Assembly: GCA_965371175.1 (NCBI GenBank)
Contig: CBDUXI010000001.1
Coordinates: 26,336-90,335 of the forward strand
Direction: 5' to 3'
Origin: an uncultured bacterium
Lineage (GTDB): Bacteria > Nitrospirota > JACRHL01
Length of the DNA: 64,000 nt
A program made the translations under genes and the position numbers. A model generated the notes under the pieces. It ran no database searches. It was given only the letters and a program-made list of their open reading frames with translations, and had not been told where the DNA came from. Shown here one piece after another: positions 58,639 through 64,000 of the stretch; position 1 is the first letter of the stretch, and each line of letters opens with the position of its first letter.

Positions 58639-60225
58639 TTACCCGGCAACCGGACCGGCGTTTTTGATTTCGTCCGTGACCTTGTCGGCGTATTTGGCAA
58701 AGTTTTCGTGGAACAGGTGGGCCAGTTCCTTGGCCTTGGCGTCGTAGGCGGCGCCATTGGTCCAGGTATTTTTCGGGACCAGTACCTCCGGGGGCACGCC
58801 GTCGCAGGTTTTGGGAATGGACAGGCCGAAGATCGGGTCGGTCGCGTACGAAACATCGTTCAACGAGCCGTTTAAGGCGGCATGTACGATGGCCCGGGTG
58901 TAGGCGATGGAGATGCGTGATCCCTCGCCGTATTCGCCGCCGGTCCAGCCGGTGTTGATGAGCCAGCAGGTGGACCCGTGGCGCTCGATTTTCTCACCCA
59001 GCAATTTGGCGTACACCCCCGGATGCAGCGACATGAACGGCGCGCCGAAGCAGGCGCTGAAAGTGGCCTTCGGCTCCTTGATGCCGGCCTCGGTGCCCGC
59101 TACCTTGGCGGTATAGCCGGACAGGAAGTGGTACATGGCCTGGGCCGGAGTCAGGCGGCTGATGGGCGGCATCACGCCGAACGCATCGCAGGTGAGCATG
59201 ATGATGTTTTCCGGGTGGCCCGCCTTGCCTTCCGGCACCGTGTTGGGGATGAAGTGGATCGGGTAGGCGGCGCGGGTGTTTTCGGTAATATGGGCCGCGT
59301 CCAGGTCCAGTTCCCGGCTGTCCTCGTCCATGACCACGTTTTCGATCACCGTACCGAAGCGCCGGGTGCAGGCGTAGATTTCCGGCTCTGCCCTGGGCGA
59401 CAGGTTGATGACCTTGGCGTAGCAGCCGCCCTCGTAGTTGAACACCCCGGTATCGGACCAGCCGTGCTCGTCATCGCCGATCAGGTCACGCTCCGGATCG
59501 GCCGACAGAGTGGTCTTGCCGGTGCCGGACAGGCCGAAGAACAGGGCGCTCTTGCCGTCCTCCCCCACGTTGGCCGAGCAGTGCATGCTCATGACGCCCT
59601 GGAGGGGGAGCAGGTAGTTCAGGGAGGAGAAGATCGATTTCTTGATTTCACCGGCATAGTGGGTGCCGCCGATGAGCACCAGCTTGCGCCCCAGATGCAG
59701 CAGCACGAAAGTGCCCGAGCGGGTGCCGTCCCGATCCGGGTTGGCCTCAAATCCGGGGGCGTGCAGCACGGTGAACTCGGGCGCGTGGTTTTCCCGTTCC
59801 TCTGTGGATGGGCGCACGAACAGGTTGTTGGCAAACAGGCCGTGCCAGGCGGTTTCGGTGATTACCCGGATGGGCATGCGGTAGCGGTTGTCGTGGCCTG
59901 CATACAGGTCCTGCACGAAGGTGTCGCGCCCCTGGTAGTAGGCCCGCACCTGTTCCAGCAGGGCGTCGAACTTTTCTTCGGAGATGGGGCGGTTGACCTC
60001 GCCCCAGTCGATGTGGTCGCGGCTGGACGGCTCCTCGACAATAAATTTGTCGTTGGCGGCGCGGCCGGTAAAGGCGCCGGTGCGCACAATCAGCGGGCCG
60101 TTGGCGGCCACCTGGCCTTCCCCCCGTTTGACGGCCTCTTCGTAAAGGCGGGCGGGCGACAGGTTCCACAAGACCTCTCCCAACCCTCGAAGTCCCAGAG
60201 CCTCCAACTGTTTCGCCCTGTCCAT
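58639..60225 (-). CDS. pckA: Phosphoenolpyruvate carboxykinase (ATP)
   Basis: YAGEIKKS, MHCSAN, GLSGTGKTTLS, LIGDDEHGW, EGGCYAK. Confidence 0.97.
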   Translation of the reverse strand: MDRAKQLEALGLRGLGEVLWNLSPARLYEEAVKRGEGQVAANGPLIVRTGAFTGRAANDKFIVEEPSSRDHIDWGEVNRPISEEKFDALLEQVRAYYQGRDTFVQDLYAGHDNRYRMPIRVITETAWHGLFANNLFVRPSTEERENHAPEFTVLHAPGFEANPDRDGTRSGTFVLLHLGRKLVLIGGTHYAGEIKKSIFSSLNYLLPLQGVMSMHCSANVGEDGKSALFFGLSGTGKTTLSADPERDLIGDDEHGWSDTGVFNYEGGCYAKVINLSPRAEPEIYACTRRFGTVIENVVMDEDSRELDLDAAHITENTRAAYPIHFIPNTVPEGKAGHPENIIMLTCDAFGVMPPISRLTPAQAMYHFLSGYTAKVAGTEAGIKEPKATFSACFGAPFMSLHPGVYAKLLGEKIERHGSTCWLINTGWTGGEYGEGSRISIAYTRAIVHAALNGSLNDVSYATDPIFGLSIPKTCDGVPPEVLVPKNTWTNGAAYDAKAKELAHLFHENFAKYADKVTDEIKNAGPVAG

Positions 60226-60512
60226 TTCTGCTCCTTACCGCCTGGGCCCTTAAAGACCGGGGGCGGCGATTTGACCAAATACTAAATAAAATGCGGGCGA
60301 AGATTCCCCATAAATCACCCCTCCAACCCTCCAGATAATCTAGTGAAAATAGGGGGTGAACACGAATCTTGTCAAGGGATAACCCGGCTCCGCCCGGTTG
60401 TTTTCCACAAGGGGAGGATGGGTGGTTCGCATGAGGCGCGGGGTTCCTGTTATTCTTGCGGCGTGCAGATCCCCGGTCTGTTTTGGATTGGTGAGGGTAT
60501 TCGGGCCTGAAA

Positions 60513-61289
60513 GTGGACCATCCGTTGGCAAAGTCGCAACCACATCACGCTCCACCAACCCCCCGGAAAGTCGCTGTACGCGCCGCCGCCCTGGTGCCCG
60601 CAGGCGGTCGGGGCACACGCATGGGGGGGCATGTTTCCAAACAGTTTTTATTGTTGGGCGGCGTGCCGTTGTTTATCCACGCCGTGCGCGCGCTATTGTC
60701 TGCCCGGCAGGTGGAAGCCGTGGTGCTGGTCACCCCGGCAGATCAGGTGGATGTGGCCCGCGAACTGCTTTCCACCCACGGCGTCACTGGCGTCATCGGC
60801 CCGGTGCCAGGGGGGGAGACCCGGCAGGAGTCGGTACGGCTGGGGCTTATGTATATTCCCGCCGGGATCGATGTGGTGGCGGTGCACGATGCGGCCCGGC
60901 CGTTCCCCGATCCTGCGCGTCTGGACAAGGCCATCGGCATGGCCGCACAAGGGGTGGGCGTGGTGGTCGGCAGCCCCTGCAACGACACCATCAAGCGGGT
61001 GGATGGCCAAGTGGATCATAGAGAAGCGCAGCCGCCGCGTGTAACCGACACCCCGGAGCGCGGTACCTTGTGGCGGGCCTTCACCCCCCAGGTATTTCCG
61101 TTTAAGATGATTGCCGATGCGTACGATACAGCTCATGCAGAAGGGATTTCCGGCACCGACGACGCCTCTCTGGTGGAGCACGTGGGGGGGCAAATCAATA
61201 TGCTTGCGGGAGAGCGCGAATCCCTCAAGGTAACCACTCCGGACGATCTGGTGATTGCCCGGGCCTGGCTGGAGGAAAAACAGGCGTGA
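60513..61289 (+). CDS. ispD: 2-C-methyl-D-erythritol 4-phosphate cytidylyltransferase
   Basis: [41 protein letters not shown]. Start approximate. Confidence 0.93.
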   Translation: MDHPLAKSQPHHAPPTPRKVAVRAAALVPAGGRGTRMGGHVSKQFLLLGGVPLFIHAVRALLSARQVEAVVLVTPADQVDVARELLSTHGVTGVIGPVPGGETRQESVRLGLMYIPAGIDVVAVHDAARPFPDPARLDKAIGMAAQGVGVVVGSPCNDTIKRVDGQVDHREAQPPRVTDTPERGTLWRAFTPQVFPFKMIADAYDTAHAEGISGTDDASLVEHVGGQINMLAGERESLKVTTPDDLVIARAWLEEKQA

Positions 61290-61762
61290 GAATCGGTTGC
61301 GGATACGATGTACACCCCTTCGCCAAGGGCCGTCCGCTGGTGCTGGGCGGGGTGACGGTGCCGTTTGAGAAGGGCCTGGCCGGGCACTCCGATGCGGACG
61401 CTCTGGCCCATGCGATCACCGATGCCATTTTGGGCGCGTTGGGCGAGGGCGATATCGGCAGCCATTTTCCCGATACGGATGCCGCCTGGGCCGGGGCCGA
61501 CAGCCTGAACTTGTTGACTGAAGTGGTGGGGTTGATGCGTAAGCGCGGATACAAACTGATGAATGTAGACAGCACCATCATCGCCCAGGCCCCCAAACTT
61601 GCGCCCCACATTGCGGGCATGCGGGAGAATCTGGCCCGGGCCATGGATTGCGAGCCGGACCGGGTGAACGTAAAAGCCACCACCCACGAAAAACTGGGCA
61701 CGCTGGGGCGCGGCGAAGGCATTGCCGCCATGGCGGTCTGCCTGCTGGAGGGCGAAAAGTAA
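61286..61762 (+). CDS. ispF: 2-C-methyl-D-erythritol 2,4-cyclodiphosphate synthase
   Basis: [22 protein letters not shown]. Confidence 0.96.
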   Translation: MRIGCGYDVHPFAKGRPLVLGGVTVPFEKGLAGHSDADALAHAITDAILGALGEGDIGSHFPDTDAAWAGADSLNLLTEVVGLMRKRGYKLMNVDSTIIAQAPKLAPHIAGMRENLARAMDCEPDRVNVKATTHEKLGTLGRGEGIAAMAVCLLEGEK

Positions 61763-62547
61763 TGGCCGGGGCTACGGAGCATATGAGCGCGGAGCAGATG
61801 GGATTGATCCGCACCCTGCGAACCGATTTTACTGCGGTATTCGAGCGCGACCCGGCGGCGGTCAACCGGCTGGAGGTCATCCTGCTCTATTCGGGCTGGC
61901 ACGCCATTCTGTCGCACCGGATTGCTCACGCCATGGTGCGGATGAGGGTGCCGATCCTGCCGCGTCTGCTGAGCCAGTTCACCCGATTGATGACCGGTAT
62001 CGAAATCCATCCGGGGGCCATCATCGGACCGTCTTTTTTTATCGATCACGGCATGGGGGTGGTGATTGGTGAAACGGCGGAGCTGGGCCACCACGTCACC
62101 TTGTATCAGGGTGTCACCCTGGGCGGCACCGGCAAGGACCGGGGCAAGCGTCACCCCACGTTGGGCAACCATGTGGTCGTGGGGGCCGGAGCCAAGGTGC
62201 TGGGGGCCATTGAAGTGGGCAACAACGTGAAGGTGGGGGCCAACTCGGTGGTGCTGAAATCGGTACCGGAAAACTGCACGGTGGTGGGCATTCCGGGGCG
62301 GATCATCCACAAAAAGGTGGGGGATTACCCGGAGGCGACGCTCGACCATACCGAGATGCCCGACCCTACCATGGAGCGCATCACCGCTCTGTACACCGAG
62401 GTGGAAGATTTAAAGGACGAGTTTCACGCTGCCTGCGAAAAGGCCATGAACGCCATGGGCACGACCAAAAAACTGCCCGCAAGGCCGAAGCCAAAAACCG
62501 CAAAACCAGCCAAAAAGGCCGCACCGAAAAAAAAGCAGAAAGAGTAG
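61762..62547 (+). CDS. cysE: Serine O-acetyltransferase
   Basis: ERDPAA, TGIEIHPGA, FIDHGMGVVIGET, KRHPT. Confidence 0.95.
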   Translation: MAGATEHMSAEQMGLIRTLRTDFTAVFERDPAAVNRLEVILLYSGWHAILSHRIAHAMVRMRVPILPRLLSQFTRLMTGIEIHPGAIIGPSFFIDHGMGVVIGETAELGHHVTLYQGVTLGGTGKDRGKRHPTLGNHVVVGAGAKVLGAIEVGNNVKVGANSVVLKSVPENCTVVGIPGRIIHKKVGDYPEATLDHTEMPDPTMERITALYTEVEDLKDEFHAACEKAMNAMGTTKKLPARPKPKTAKPAKKAAPKKKQKE

Positions 62548-62563
62548 GGCGTTTGCCGGGTGG

Positions 62564-63028
62564 TCAGGGCGTATCCGCCGGTTCGCGCTGGCGCTGGCGT
62601 TCCGCCTCCACGTCGATATCCACGATCTGCTTGAGATCGGTTTCTACCGCAGAAAGCCGGTTCAGCACGGTGGTCAGGGCCTCCGCCGAGAGCCGTCTAG
62701 GGGAGTCCGGGTGTTCGGTCAGCAGTTGCCGGAATACCTCTCTGGCCCGGTCGTGGTCGGCTACTTCCGGGGTGACCAGAATCACCCCCAGCCGGTAGAG
62801 CAGTTCGTCCTCCCAGGGGCTTTCTGTTTTGAGGGCCGTCTCCAGCGTGGTGATGGCTTCCAGGTGACGGTCGCTGTTCACCAGTTTCTGTGCCTTGGCC
62901 ACGGCCCGTTCCCCTTCCGGCCCCAGCGGCAGGAGCAACTGCACGTTCACGCAGCCGGTAGCAAACAGGGCGAGGCATACCGCTGCACAGAGGCTGACGA
63001 TATGGGGCTGGCGCAACCTGCGGGTCAT
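62564..63028 (-). CDS. TPR-like lipoprotein
   Basis: Lipobox-like FATG/C, helical TPR-like region. ATGA overlap with the malic enzyme stop. Confidence 0.65.
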   Translation of the reverse strand: MTRRLRQPHIVSLCAAVCLALFATGCVNVQLLLPLGPEGERAVAKAQKLVNSDRHLEAITTLETALKTESPWEDELLYRLGVILVTPEVADHDRAREVFRQLLTEHPDSPRRLSAEALTTVLNRLSAVETDLKQIVDIDVEAERQRQREPADTP

Positions 63029-64000
63029 TTTTTGCGCCGGGCTACGCCGGTTTCGTAGGCTGCCTCCGCCACGGCGCTTGCCACGGCCGGAGCCACCTTG
63101 CGGTTGAAGGTGGACGGAATAATGTAGTCCTCGCATACCTCGTTCGGCTTGATCACATCGGCAATGGCGTGGGCGGCGGCCAGTTTCATCTCTTCGTTCA
63201 CCTGGGTGGCCCGGCAGTCCAGCGCACCCCGGAAGATGCCGGGAAAGCACAGCACGTTGTTGATCTGGTTGGGGTAGTCGGAGCGACCGGTGGCCATGAT
63301 GCGGGCGTGCCCCTCGGCCTCTTCCGGCATAATTTCCGGGGTGGGGTTGGCGAGGGCGAAGATGATCGGGTCCGTCGCCATCGTCGCCACCATTTTGGGC
63401 GTCAGCAGCCCGGCAGAGGAAACCCCCAGAAACAGGTCGGCCCCTTTGATGGCATCTTCCAGCGCACCGGTCATGTTTTCCGGGTTGGAGTGCTCGGCGT
63501 ACCACTCTTTAAGCGGGTTCATGCCTTCCTTGCGTCCCCGGTGGATGATGCCGCTGCGGTCCACCCCCAGAAAGTGCTGCACCCCGGCGTCCATCATGAT
63601 TTTGGTGCAGGCGACACCGGCTGCGCCAATGCCGCTGACCACCACTTTAAGCTGGTCGATGGGCTTCTCCACCACCTTCAGGGCGTTGAACAGGGCGGCC
63701 AGCACCACCACGGCGGTGCCGTGTTGATCGTCGTGGAACACGGGGATATCCAGCGCTTCCTTGAGGCGCGCTTCCACCTCAAAGCAGCGCGGCGCCGAAA
63801 TGTCTTCCAGATTGATCCCGCCAAACACCGGGGCCAGATGAATGACCGTACGGACGATCTCATCCACATCCCGCGTGTCCAGGCAGATGGGAAAGGCGTC
63901 CACCTGGCCGAACTCCTTGAACAGCATGGCCTTGCCTTCCATCACCGGCAGGGCCGCTTCGGGGCCGATGTCGCCCAGCCCCAGCACGGCGGTGCCGTCG
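63025..64000 (-). CDS. NAD(P)-dependent malic enzyme (3' part)
   Basis: LGLGDIGPEAALPVMEGKA, INLEDI, FHDDQHGT, ANPTPEI, GRSDYPNQINN. Start lies outside the window. Confidence 0.95.
   Translation of the reverse strand, partial: DGTAVLGLGDIGPEAALPVMEGKAMLFKEFGQVDAFPICLDTRDVDEIVRTVIHLAPVFGGINLEDISAPRCFEVEARLKEALDIPVFHDDQHGTAVVVLAALFNALKVVEKPIDQLKVVVSGIGAAGVACTKIMMDAGVQHFLGVDRSGIIHRGRKEGMNPLKEWYAEHSNPENMTGALEDAIKGADLFLGVSSAGLLTPKMVATMATDPIIFALANPTPEIMPEEAEGHARIMATGRSDYPNQINNVLCFPGIFRGALDCRATQVNEEMKLAAAHAIADVIKPNEVCEDYIIPSTFNRKVAPAVASAVAEAAYETGVARRKK

Overview
A GC-rich bacterial chromosomal segment made up mostly of core genes. It probably comes from a member of Nitrospirota; this is inferred from the Nitrospira-like ClpC, the LapA-LapB fusion and the UbiE plus Slr0320-like radical SAM pair. 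Main blocks: rnr-cobI; a stand-alone nuoF; pgpA-cinA; a cobalamin riboswitch controlling an unannotated 57-aa CbtB; dnaQ and a ferredoxin; an envelope protease cluster (ctpA, degQ); the ffh-rpsP-rimM-trmD-SPOUT-rplS-rnhB-yraN operon; proA-nadD-rsfS-lapAB; an MBOAT acyltransferase pair next to tRNA-Leu; a folate/C1 operon; hpnCDE; serB-leuA; ubiE plus a B12 radical SAM gene; tRNA-Phe; rimP-nusA-infB-rbfA-truB-rpsO-pnp; clpC; glgP-PilZ; pckA; ispDF-cysE; and a malic enzyme. I saw no integrase, transposase, CRISPR array or defence system. The most unusual signals are: (1) three ~74-bp tandem copies of the 3' end of the SPOUT methyltransferase gene, each still in frame and ending in a stop codon and decaying with distance; (2) the UbiE plus Slr0320-like radical SAM quinone-methylation module; (3) the orphan riboswitch-controlled CbtB; (4) two related ~125-bp palindromic intergenic elements. 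All family assignments come from motif recognition, not database searches.
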